Positions 15,701 through 28,400 of a stretch of 64,000 nucleotides of DNA are shown here, in pieces (position 1 is the stretch's first letter; every line of letters starts with the position of its first letter). A model generated the notes under the pieces. The model saw only the letters and a program-made list of their open reading frames with translations. It was not told the origin of the DNA and made no database searches. The DNA is from Ascidiella aspersa (lineage: Eukaryota): NCBI GenBank assembly GCA_963924565.1, contig OZ004610.1, positions 9,672,001 to 9,736,000 on the forward strand. The letters run 5' to 3'. The position numbers and the translations under genes were made by a program.

Positions 15701-18700
15701 GCTCTCTATGATTCGACATATGAGTCTTGAAAGAAATTACGCAGGGAGCTTGTTGCTTTTAGTAGCGTTTAAACGACTGTCTATAGATATTGTTTCTCGT
15801 ATGGTGTAGCAAGCTGCTGAAATCAAGATATAAAGACATTATCAGCCTCTAAAAAAAAAGTTACCAGATAGTTAGGTTTGGCAGATTAACAAGTTTGAGA
15901 TGAAAATCGGCTACTCGACACATTCACCGCAAGCAAAAGCTTTTGTTTTTAATTGTGACCTATAGAATACAAGTCAGATGTGTATAGAAATTGCCCATCA
16001 ACCGTAAGTTGACAGACGCAAAAAAATCGACGCCCTTAAACCAGTTATTACCCGCTGCGACTCGGTACGTTTCGGCATAAAAGACCACCTTTGAAAACCG
16101 CCGATGCCATTTTGCTTGTATGCTTGAACCCGGACAGGTTTGCGAATTCTTTTTTCCTGGATTTGTCTCGCGGCTTTCGTTCGGAAGTTATGAGCGGGCC
16201 TTCTTGAGACAAGAATAGCGCATGCTGTTTGGATAAGGAAAATGTGCTTCCTAAAAGGTTTTACTGCCGAGTTTATTGCAAATCGAAACCGTGCTCTATG
16301 TTTAATTTACAAGCGCTTTCCTGGTAGCAGAAATTTAATTAATTCAAAGAGGTTGTTTTTCAGCACAAGTCGTCGTTTAAAGTAGGGTTTTTTAAAAAAG
16401 TTTTTCTAGATATACGAACCTTTTTTATATTTACTATTTTGTCGCTACACAGTCGAGTATGGTTTTGCTTATTTATTTATATGGTATAGTTTCTCATTAT
16501 TTCAAAGTGACCGGCAAGTTCAAAATAGCTGTCATTTGAAGCACAAGTAGCGTTTCCTATCACTATTGATTAATCTTAGACATAATGAAAACAGATTGCT
16601 CTACATACGTGATTTACAGTATAACGCTACTCGACCTGGGTATCATAGGTAACGGTTAAGAAGATACCCGTTCTTTTGGCGGCCTTGTTTGAATATATTT
16701 TACCTAATAAATGTTAAATGTATTTTACATTCAATTTAGATCAATTTGAAAAAAATGTTTGATTGACAGGAAAAGACGAAAACCTTAAAACCTACTTACA
16801 ATTTGTTAATAGTTTGGACTTGCGTCCACAGTTGTCTGTTGCCCCTAATTTGTTAGAAAGGTCACGGAAACGTTGGACAAATTGGCGTGATAGGCTTCAC
16901 CAAACGAAAACCGCCCTGTGAAAACAAACAGTCAAAAAGGTATACCCTCCTTTTGCTGGGTTTACAAGTTTGCGAACGCTTTCTCCTGGCTACTTTCGTC
17001 CGTTGCGTGCGACCTGCTTAGAAAAGCATCTAAGAATAGTTTCCCAAAAGACCTCGTATAACTTGGCCAGACTCGCGTTTCTTTCCATATATTAGGATCA
17101 GTCCTTCATGGTTCGACCGCAAGGTCTGGTGTATCTATATATGCGCGGTGCCCCATTCGGCGACGTGTTATGCGGCCTGCTGGATTCGATTACAGCAGCG
17201 TTGTATTGTGGACTGGCAACACAGACACGCCCGTCACCCACACGTGAAGTTATATTTGGATTGATGTGATTGTACATTCTGGAGAAATTTTCAGTTGAGG
17301 GCAGACTCGTTGTCTCGTGGTCGACAAAGCAAAGATTTTGCACTTGGCCGCTTTGGTCGAACTTTAGCGATGGTTTCCTTTCTTCCGTTACGATTTGTGC
17401 TTTATATACTGAAGAAAATATACCTGCTTTTAGGCAGAGAATAGTTGTTCGTTAGAAAAGAGGACAAGAGTACATATGGCAGCCCTTTATTGCTGCCGAT
17501 TGATGCTCCAAAGGCGCAAGAAAGACGAAATAAGTTAACTTTTGCGATTTGCTTATGTACGCTATTCAAATTAAGATAGACAGATCGTTGTTTCAGGCGA
17601 AGTGTCCCGATCGACGTTTTGCTGCCCCGCGGCAGTCAACTTCGGGTCGACCTGAAGTGTTTCGTTTTTTGTTACAAGCCTAAAATAAACTACCACGTTT
17701 AACATCGGCGCATTTTCGCGCACAGGTCTATCGTTGTGACGAATAAAGTTTACGCAACATGTCCCTATGTTTTTATGGCACAGAATATTTCACATATATA
17801 CGTGCCTCAGTTTCCTGTCTATTCCGGTACGGCTAATCGCCCCTTGTCCGTTTTCTTTGAAGCGCCCGTTTTCAAATAAATGCTTTCAAGACGGATCACC
17901 GTCGTGTGTATGTTTCGGACTAGGCTGCCACAATGGAAGTGCCATTATTCCCGCAATTCGCAAGGCACACACGGCGCTCTCCAGGAGAATTTTCCTGTTC
18001 AGACGCAGCTGAAATCGATTGACCTCGAACCGAATAGGCGCCTTTGCTCACTATAGCGCTCTGTCACCTGGCTTTTGCGTTTAAACTCGCAAAAATCACA
18101 GCATTTGTCGTTGACCTGTTTTGGGAAGAAGAGATGGTTTCGTTCGGTTCGGGTCGATATCGATAAAAATGGCCCCACACCTACTTGGGGCCAAAGCTTA
18201 TTTACTGGTTAATCCCTTTGAAACAAGAGCGTTACACAAACCGTTAGACAAATGCATTGTTTTGATACGTTCCATTGACGTATGCACGTCGAATATATGC
18301 TACCGATGACTGGGAGTGGGACTTCACGTGTTATTTATCCAAAAAGGCTTAACTTGGACTTAACTTATTTTACAAATGACTTGACTGGAACCTAATTATT
18401 TCAAAATGACTTATTTACAACACTGCACTGAACGGTCGCCCATTTGGACAGGGCATATGCACGAAATAAGGCAGCTCCTTGACGTTTTGCTTCCAACTAC
18501 GCACGTGTGACGAAAATGGATCATCGCTTGACATGCTTGATTTGAATTGCGCCTCTCGAATTTCCAGCTACATACCCGAGAACGCGTGTGTGGAATGGCG
18601 GTATGCCCGATTGGGATGCGCTAAAATAGCCCGCTTACGCGTTTGCGGCTGTTGTTGTCGCAGTGACATAAACAACAACATAATGCGACCTGGATTGTCT

Positions 18701-20602
18701 TTTGAAATAGTATAGGGAAGCTTTGCGATCTTGTAGGTCCACTACTTTAGGCACTTTGGGCTATTTTTTATCACCTTGTGCTTTCGATACTTTATATTCA
18801 TAATGACAAAACATTAGGGGAGAGAGTTATGATCCTATTACCCTGAAGTACAAGTGTCTGCGCAACGAGGTATTGTATGCGGCTTGCAGAGACACAGCGT
18901 TGTGTGATTGAAAATATGGATGCGAACTGCGTTGAATTATACAAGACTTTGCTGTTTTCAACTTAGTGTCGGGCACGTTCTGATGCTGTTTTTTTTCTAG
19001 ACGGATATGCACAACGTGTTCCCAGTGGGCTAAATTTGACCAACAGAGATATTTGCGCGGTCTAAATGCAAATATTTACGGCAGCTGGCATGAAATTTTA
19101 TGCCGGCCTCAAAGACTTTATTACTTTATATTTGATATTTGAAAGTCTTTTGTTATCGTTCAGGTCTTTTTTTGTGATACACTGCACGATTTTTGTAATA
19201 CACTTCCCTGTCAAAAACTGTTTTTCTTTAACAAGAAGGGTGAAAGGTGTTCAGTTTGCTTTTATCTTATTTCCCATACTGTCAGCGAAACGGCATTAAA
19301 TTTACCACTTTACGTTGACACTGTATGTATATATGTTAACTAATTTGTTGCTCTTCGAATTGGTTGGCTCGTACACATAAAAAAGTCTACCAAAAGAGGC
19401 CGTCCACGTAATTCAATAGAAGAACCAAAAGCAAAATATTAAAGGGAATTTACAAACCAAACGATCTACGACGAACGAAGCGACATATTCTCCGCTCGTA
19501 TCGCTATAAAAGCGAGACCTAAACAACGAAAGTCGCTGTCGTGACCTGTCAACTAAATCCCTTCCCTTTAAGAGGAAACGCTTGCCATTGGTGACGCGCA
19601 TTCGACGCTTAATGTTCTCACGGGAGTGAAGCTTCTTGACAGCGACGATGTCGATTTGATTGCGATTGATTTCTTGCGACGAAAAACCGGGGCATTTTAT
19701 TCGCCCGCACTTTGCGCGGATAGAGCTCGGCGACTGACGCAGGCCCGCGATTTGCGGTAGGAGAAATAGCCGCATCTGTCGCTGGTGTTTTGTTTCAGAT
19801 GCCTGTATATATGCGGTTCGGCGTTTTTTTCTATTGGCCTTCATGCCACTCGATGCGTCTGGAGTCTGGAAACGCCCCACGACTCCGATATCATTTGTAA
19901 ATTTTTCGTTTCAGTGAGCCAGGTTTTGGAAGAGAAAATGCAAAAGACTATAGAAACTGGTTTTACAATATACCTGACCCGCTAAGTAAACTTTGTATTC
20001 GAGAAGACGTCTAAAGTTAAATAGCATTCAAGAAGAGCGATTTAGTATGTCCACAGTTATTTCCTACTCGTTAGCCAGCCTATTGCTTTGTGACGTTGTT
20101 GCGTTTTTCAAGGCCTAAAGGGGACAGCCAGAAATCAAGTGTATAACCTGCCCCTATAGGTAAAATTCGCACTCTAGTAGTATATAGAAAGGCATTTCCG
20201 CTTCGTTATCCGGTCGATTGCTTTGCTACATTGTTGCGGACAGGTGATAAGGCTCGATGTACGTTCTCAGCTTAAGCGCCGTGTTGGTTGTCATCAACTC
20301 CCAGGCGGCCGTAACGTTCATGTCGAGCTGCCAAGCAAAATGTGCGGTATTCGCTTTAATATGCATTTCATGTTTCTCCAATTTAATTAAGTGAAATTTA
20401 CGAGGTCGGAGAGCATGTTTGAACAGAACAGAAAAGAATAGCGGAATGATTTTCAATTTTTAAGGAAAATTGCACACTGTGCCAACCCCGCGCTAAAACA
20501 ATACGCCTTATCTTTCCTATATCTGAATAGCAGGACCACGCACGGAAAGGGGTTATTGTTTGTTCAACCAGAAAACGCGGCTTGAAATAGAACTATGTAG
20601 TC

Positions 20603-20896
20603 CAGTCATTCCCATACTTGTGTGCCGCGGCACACTGTGTGTGCCTCGAGAGATTGCCAAGTGTGCCGCGAAACTTGTTATTCGCATTACCAATAGGCAT
20701 AACCCGGCGTAGCCATAAACGCAAGCATTTTAGACTTAAATACGCACTATCCATTACAAAATAATATTGAGACATTTACATATAGTTTGTGTGGTAAGGG
20801 CGATTGTAATATGACTCTATTTCTGTTAGAAGTGTGCCGCGAAATATTCAAGATTGGTTTAGTGTGCCGCGAGCCAAAAAAGTTTGAGAACCACTG
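20603..20896 (-). mobile_element. hAT (Buster/Charlie-like) MITE, GCGGCACAC family
   Basis: Termini CAGTCATTCCCA...GTTTGAGAACCACTG; perfect 8-bp TSD ATGTAGTC (20595-20602 and 20897-20904). Confidence 0.9.
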
Positions 20897-22932
20897 ATGT
20901 AGTCAGTTGAAACAGTTAGGGGTAAGGGAAACGCTTAAAATAGAAGGTATTGTATCATTAGTCTAGTGAACGTATCGGTGACTTGAATTGTTACCATTGA
21001 CTAAATATAGATTAAGTCATAAACAAATTCGTACAGGAAACGTGTCTACGTTCTTTATTATTTCACAACGCTAACGAAAGTGTCGTTTTCATTGCGGACG
21101 AAAAAAATGCGCTAGCTTCAGCGCGTTTGAGCTTTTTCTGGCGTGTTGTTGTTTTAGGCCAAAGTCAACCTTCCGCGGGCGATGTTCGCAGAAATTTCCA
21201 GCGTTGCATATTTGTTTAGCCGCCAAATCAAAACACTGCCAGCTATTTATTTCTTGCACACATAGGAATTCCGGTGGCCCTCGCCTATTTCGATCGTGAC
21301 AAGGCAGAACTGCATGCTGTTCGCCCCGTTTGCCATTAAAGGCCTAATGTTATTACGGCAGGGTAAGGTTAATAGACCACAAAGTCACTCAGTGTTTTGA
21401 GCCAATGCTTTCTCTTTATTGATGCAATGCCAGGCTTTAAAATGATTTTCTGAGGTTGTGCTGTAGATGGTGGCGAAAAAGGCCGGATAACTAATAAAAA
21501 GCCAATCGTATATTGGACACCTCGATGTTTTAAAAAATCTATCGACTGCCACTTAAATCTTAGAGCTATATTAGAGAGTATTATTGATTGGAATTTCTTA
21601 TCGATTGGTATTTCGACGAACTCGGTCGTCCGCGAGATAACTCAGTGCGGAAGAGTCTTTGTCAAAATCAAGTCTAAAAGCTGTCGCATTCCAATCGAAG
21701 TTGCGCTTGGGGATCGACGGGCGTTTCGCGAAACATTATCGTTTCGAGTCCTTCGGGATTCGTTGGAATTGCTTCGGCGCTTATTCTGAACATTGTTGTT
21801 GCACTCGTGTCCCGCGCGGGATTTGCTGAAAACTGAAGAGTCAGCTGTCGAAAACAAACTATAGGCTTCAGGCGAAGCTGTTTCTTAATTCGTTGTTTTT
21901 GACCGCACGGACGCAACCAGCGCAAGAAAAGTAGGCATTTCTATACAGGGCAGGCGCGCTTCCCGCTATTTTCGTTTGGCTGAACGCGTCAAAATATGAC
22001 AAGACAGAGGGCGCTAGGTGCAGTGGTTGTTTGTTTTGTCGTTTCGCCTTGCAAAGCCGCTGGACGAAATTCAGTAGCAAGGTGCTTGCGGCCCAACATG
22101 AAGAAACGCCCTTTACTTTAGGCGATGCACAAAGCAAATGCGGTCAGTTCTTTACTAAGCTTGATTTATGATTTGGTCGCAGTCCGCTGAACCGCCTCGC
22201 CCATCATCGTTAGATCGAACTGCAAAACCCTTTTATTGTGGGTTCAACTTGACTTGCAAAAGTGACAATCTGAGTAGAATTGATTGCGAATTTTTCATCG
22301 CATTTTATCTGTACGAAGCATCCACTTGAATCGATTTGGCCTACTTGTTTATTTCCGTGAACGGACAGTTGGGCATCTTATCATATTTTTAAGTTGGTAA
22401 AGCAGTGCTGAGCTAATGCGAGTCGTAAATGGAAGATGCTTGCCCCGAGCGGCAGCTAATTCCAATTACGTTTGAAAACGCGCGACACAAATGGACGTTT
22501 CGCGTCAGGAAACGTCACTTAGCAAATTTGCTTTTCCGTATATTTAAACGCTGGTTAAACTGGAGGCAATGCGATTCACAAAAGGATGGCTGCGCCAGCG
22601 ACAGAAAGTGGATTGACAAATTACGTGGCTGCTACGCAGGAAAGCGGTGAATGCGCGCTTGTTTACACTATCAGGAATAAAGCTGGAATGAGCTAATTTG
22701 TGGCGCCATTAGTTATTTTGTTCGCAAAAAAGGTCGTAGTGTACAGCAATGCGAAACAAACAGGCAGTGCTTTTACAATCTAACTTTTTTTTAAGCTATT
22801 GATCGTTCAGTCGGAAAGTTCACATTATTAAGGAAAGCTGTGAATGTTTTGTCCACAAACGCTTCTATTTTATCACGATGCATAACTTTGAATGCTACAA
22901 GCCATTTACCCCAAAAGCAGTCATGGGCTATA

Positions 22933-23313
22933 GGGCGGATCAAGGATTTTTATTTGGCAAAGGTCATGAAAATTTCTAAATGGACGTCACGTCACAAACG
23001 TCATAAAACGATTAATTTGAAAAACACCTGTCGTTTACTAATTAACTGCTGCGCAAATATGTAACTGAAATTCAGTCCAAACGCGCGAAGTGAAATCAGC
23101 AAAACTCTTAAATTTAAAAGATTCGTAATGACAGTCAGAAGAGATAAGTCAAACGGGAATAGTATACTTAGCGCCGATTTCACTAAACGTCAAACCAAAT
23201 GACATTTTAAGTGAATAAAAATTTCGCGAATCGTTAGGATCTTCATAGGTTAGAGTCGGCAAAAATGTAGTTTTTGGGCAAGTCGCATGGACCGGTGCCC
23301 CCTAGGTCCGCAC
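22933..23313. mobile_element. Probable degenerate MITE with GGGCGGATC...GGTCCGC termini (PIF/Harbinger-like)
   Basis: Imperfect terminal inverted repeats; internal gacgtcac motifs shared with 12300-12600. Confidence 0.35.
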
Positions 23314-24769
23314 ATATAGTCAGGGGATATGTGTGCGGTAATTCTGGTCGACCGAAAAATAAAGGTAAATGGGGGTGCTAACCTCGCCAAAACTTCCCCC
23401 ACTTAAGCGAGGTTTAGGTTAGCGTGCTCGAGTGCCGGCAACCCCAAATCAAAAGCTTCGAAAAGCAATTTGTCGCCGCCTTTCCTTGACATGCACCGGG
23501 CTGGCGTGTGTTTATTCACCAAACACCAGAGCCCCTAAGAAGAACGGTTGTTTCCTGGCCGGCTCTTCCAGGGTAGCCTGTGTGCATTGCCCAGGGACTG
23601 CCCCACACAAATTGCGCGCGGGAGGTGCTTTGGCCTGTCGAGCGTCGTCTTGCCTTGCCAAACATGACGGCACGCCGACTGTCGACATTCAAACTGTCGC
23701 CCTCCGCCCACTTTTACTCTCTGTGCGCCAGACCTAGCTGAGAAGAGCTTCCGCTGTGTTGTCAGGCGTGGGTGTGTGGCGTCGCGTCTTCGCTTTTCGG
23801 ATTTCATGCAGTCCAGGATCGATCAGACAGACGCTTTAGCTCGTGGGCTAAGAGCGCCTAACATAGTTGTACTGAAAGTGGCCCGCTTCGATCTTTGAGT
23901 TTTAAGTTGTTGCGATGCAGCAACAGATTTTTAGTTGAAAGCCAAATCAGCCATGTGAGCTTTGTCGCGAATCGTGTGTTTCGTCAAAAAGCGTGAAACG
24001 AACTAGTACGTAGGGTTAAAACGGCAGCGGCGTTAATGGCGTGACACGATTTGTCGGTTTTCGTTTGGGCGCCTGTACAAACAAGCATTAAGGTGGGTGA
24101 AATCGATTGAACAAATTATGCCCGCTAACTGGTGAAGCAGTTATTTGCCGCGTTTCCGCCGCAGGTGTTTCGATTTGCCCAGCAGTTGCACCGAACGGTA
24201 GAGCTCGTACGCAAGAGTTTCTTTCACATATCCCGGAAGTAGGCCGAGTAGCGTTAGCACACGTTCTGTAAAGTTTCATAAACAAAGTCGGCTTTACGGC
24301 CAAGGTGGCTCAACGATATCCCAAAGTATTTTAAGAAAAAGTGCAATTAAAAGTCGGCTGTATAACGCTTGTACCTGGGTTACGTCCAGTGACGTTATAG
24401 TTTGTTTGTATTATTTTCACTTGAGCTTGGCATTTTATAGGCGGTTGGGACTGTGAGTGTCGCTTTAAAAAAACAGACTCATATTATAATTTTACGATTT
24501 TTTGAAGCATCTACAAAATATGATGCACATTAGCGATTTATACTAGTGTACAAGTGTGAGATTTATATGCGATTATGTGAATGTAAGATTTGCCTTTAAG
24601 CCGTAATTACAATGTTCGGTTTGGGTTTAGCTTGTGTAACTTTTGATTACAACATTCGATTGGCCCGTCAGTCACGGGTTAGACCACAGACGACTTCCTT
24701 CCAGCACTATCAGTCACCTGTAGGACGGTCGGCGGTGGTTTCATTCGCTTGACGAGTGCAAACGTTAAT

Positions 24770-24880
24770 CCAAATTTTGAAGCATAATGGTTTGGAGGTT
24801 TTAGTAAGAATATTAAAGCCCATGCAGAAGTAGGTATCATTTTAAACAATTGGAATATATATTTTTTTTTTTCATTTTTA
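24770..24880 (+). repeat. Dispersed repeat, second copy at about 30980-31100
   Basis: aagcataatg..tttggaggtt..agtaaga..cagaagtaggtatcatttt is present in both places. Confidence 0.7.
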
Positions 24881-25463
24881 ATATCGATGCTTATTTAGTC
24901 TTAATTCATATTCTTTCTAAGCTGCGAACTACTAAATATGTTAGCGTTCTATTTTTCATTGCCACAGCCCACATCGTATACCCTACCTTGATGGTTCGAT
25001 GCTGCTGTGTTAGTTGTGACGTTAAAGGAGGTACATTTATTTTAAATCGCTTAATGTGGTATTCTGACGTGTTCCGCGACGAGTTAGCAAGTTTAGCTTG
25101 CAATACCGGCTATTTACTTGTGTATCTACCACCACTATTTACAACGCTTCCGACATGCTGATTACCCACGTACGTCGTACGCGCAACAGCCATATCTAAA
25201 TTAGGCGTGTGAGATCGGGCGCGCGACGTATATGCATAAGAGATCACCGAATTCGTTGTATTTAACATTGCTTTGTTATGTTTTCGTGCGAAACAGGTGT
25301 CTATAGGCGCTGCTAATTGCATTTAGGCATTACACGCGCATTTTTGGCGTATGTTCTGTGCCTTGCTGGGCTGCCTTGCATTGCCGACTACAAAGTCCAA
25401 GCTTTGCCGACAAACGGCGGCTGCTGCGGCTTCAATTGCTGGCAGCAACTCTCGTCCACGTAT

Positions 25464-28400
25464 ATGACTGGCGAAGATCCCGGTTCGCCGCGACGACTCC
25501 GCCATCTTTCCAAGCGCGGAGTAATGAAGCAGAAACGCTGCAACCTGGCCAAGCAAGCCGAATGGGAGCGACTGCTGGAGGCAAACGTACGTGTCCTGCG
25601 CGTGTGTGCATATGTATTATGTATATGACTCTACTGTAGGCAAAACACTTGCAGCAGCTCGTGTTCTGAGTGTCTTGAAGCGTGCGAATGTGCGCGTGGC
25701 GCGGACAATCGCAATGCTGAACGACACCTGCTGATCAGTTCACTGACATTTTCAATCGAATGGAATACAATAAGGGGTACATTTCACGCAAACTGTGCCT
25801 GGCCACCAGAAATAATTATGTATACTTTATATTAAAAGTTATATAAAGTAGCACTCCCACGATAGGCAGGCGTGCGATGTTGATTTAAGGCCAGTGCTAA
25901 CCTGACAATAAAACATCTCCCATTGGGAACTTTTTGATAATAATTCTCCTCAGTCGTTTCAATGACGCCTGGAGCGTTGCGTGTAAAATTGACTTACATC
26001 TAAATTAGACGAACGGTAAACTTAATGGACGAAAGTAAAAGCTCTTTTTTATGGTTGTTTATTTTATATAACTCGTTTTGCTCCGTGCATCACATATGTC
26101 AGTCAATCGCTTTATCAGAAATAGGGGCAGATAAGAAAGGAAATTTACGACTGACTGGCCTAAAACGCCGCCCATTAGAGCTACCGCCGTAACGTCTTAT
26201 CTCAGTGTTTTCAATTTCCGACGTAGAGCTTGGCGGGGTTGTTCTCAATTAAATCGACCCCTCTACATTTCCGCTGTTGAGATGGTGTCTTTTTTCTTAA
26301 ATATTATTTTTTCGTTTTAAGCTTTTGTTTTATGACAAACATTTTATTGTCAACAATGTTATTCCAAATTCGGGTCGGTTGAGCTTTTTAAACGGGCGCT
26401 TTATATGGACCGTGTGGCAAAGTCTTCCAACCCTACCTCAGGTGAACCATATGGTAAATCTCATGTAAACTAATTTGTAATTTTATAACTTATGCAAACA
26501 GGTAATTTTTGAGCTATTTTTACTTATACCACAAGAGCTCGAACTTCTGTCAAAGGAAAACCACGGCAAGCTAATATAAAACATTCTGCTTTAAATTGCG
26601 TCTAGGTGATGAGTATAGGACGATTATGCTTTCACCTAAAAAATGAGAAATTTTGACCTAAAAAATGAAAGTTTGACAAATTTTGACTTGAAAATATATT
26701 TTTTGACAAAATTGTGACCTATAAGAAATACATTGATCGAGGTACTGCATTAGTGTTTTGGCGTTGTCGATCACACATTTTAGATGTTTTACTGACTGCC
26801 GGTCGAACACAAATCAGTGATTTTTTCAGGTTTATGCAAAACTCATACGAATGTTTAGTTGATATTTTGGTCATTTTAAAACAGTTCAACATATTTGTCC
26901 AATTCAGAGATAAAGAATTAACTATATAATGCAAAAAGGAAGTTCGACCTACCGGCAATGTAAAATGGTGTAATATCGTGTGTAATTGAGTAAAGTTAAA
27001 AAAATAATATTGAAGATGATGTTTCGACTTTCGAACGTTGCTATGTATAGACTGTCCATTTTGTTTCCCAGGAAAATAAATAATTTTTGTGACGTTCCAC
27101 ATCGCTTGCGCTTACTTCACAGGAATTTTGTCGACTTTGACGTAAGTAAGAATGTATGCGTCGCGCTGCGCACGCGACAGCAAATGCGTCTGTGACGCTC
27201 AGTGTTGACATTATCCTGCTTTTTAAATCGTGCACGTCACAAATTGTACGTCACAAACTTTTTTGGTACCTTTTTTCTATTTGCATCAAAATAATATAAA
27301 TTAAAAAAAATCCTTTGTTTGCTGATTTACTCGAAAAAATCTAAATGGCGAGCACCATACCTATTGCAGAAATAAATTTCTCTTATAATATTTACAATTT
27401 AGCTAAAATGGTCGATTTGCCTTTTACAAAAAGACTGGACAAACTTCCGTTTTTATTATATTTCCTGCGTTCGCCTTTGTCTCGAAAAACCTTGCCGAAG
27501 TAAGATTCTGTTTTTCCCTTGAGTAATCGAACGTTTTACACGATGCGGGATTTACGTCAGTTTGTATCGTTTGTTTCTTCGAAACTGTTTTGACACGTTC
27601 CAAGCACGTCCGCAAGTTTCGCCCCCTTGACGAGCCTCCCCTGTTTCCCCATTACAATGCCCCTATTCGCGCTCTCGTGCCAACCTGTCGCTTGCCTTGC
27701 GTCAAGGTGGACGCCTGGCATTTGGCAAGACAAAACAACAAGTCCAAATTGGTTCGAACGCGCGGCCTACTTTCGACGAACAGGCGTTTCTCCGTTTTTT
27801 GATTGCGCCCTTTCCTACCGAGGCCTAGGTTAACGTTTCCGCTGTCGCGCATAAAGACATATATGTGCGGTCGTCGGAAAGCATTGCGGGCCCGACGCAC
27901 TAAGTATCGCAGCCGTCAAAAAAGGGCATGCGCTTTATTCTACGTATAAAAGTCGTGTCCGGCCTCACTCCATGTGACGATTTCCTTTATAACGCCAGTC
28001 TATCGTTAAGCGCTCGTGTATAGTGCAAGGCAAGCTCGCCGGATTGCAGTCAGTGTCAGTCAGCGGGGCGACTGGCGTATACTGGCGAATACTGGCGCGT
28101 GCGACTGATGTGATGTATCTCTGTGGCATCGCAAGTATTGAAAATAAGGTCCTAACTTTTACGAAAATGTTTTAGATGGAACTTACTTGGCGTTAGTTAA
28201 ATAGTATTAGTTGGCTGCGACGTTAAGCATTTACCAGATGCAAGTAATAGGAACGCCAAAGCACGAGGAAGTGAGTTTGACGCTTCACTACACCTTGGCG
28301 CAAAGCAGGTCATACCGCAGCTAGCGCCCTTCCTACGTAGATGACCTTTTGAACCTTTCGTGTTTTTTTCAGTCTGTAATGCTAAGAGATTACGACGCGT

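Noticed and set aside
21830-21865. Second hammerhead-like core CTGAAGA GTCAGCTGTC GAAA
   Set aside because: Stem II has a mismatch, and stems I and III and a cleavage triplet cannot be formed.
23830-23900. tRNA or tRNA-SINE-like head (TAGCTCGTGGGCTAAGAGCG...GCTTCGATC)
   Set aside because: A- and B-box matches are imperfect and no cloverleaf or second copy could be found.
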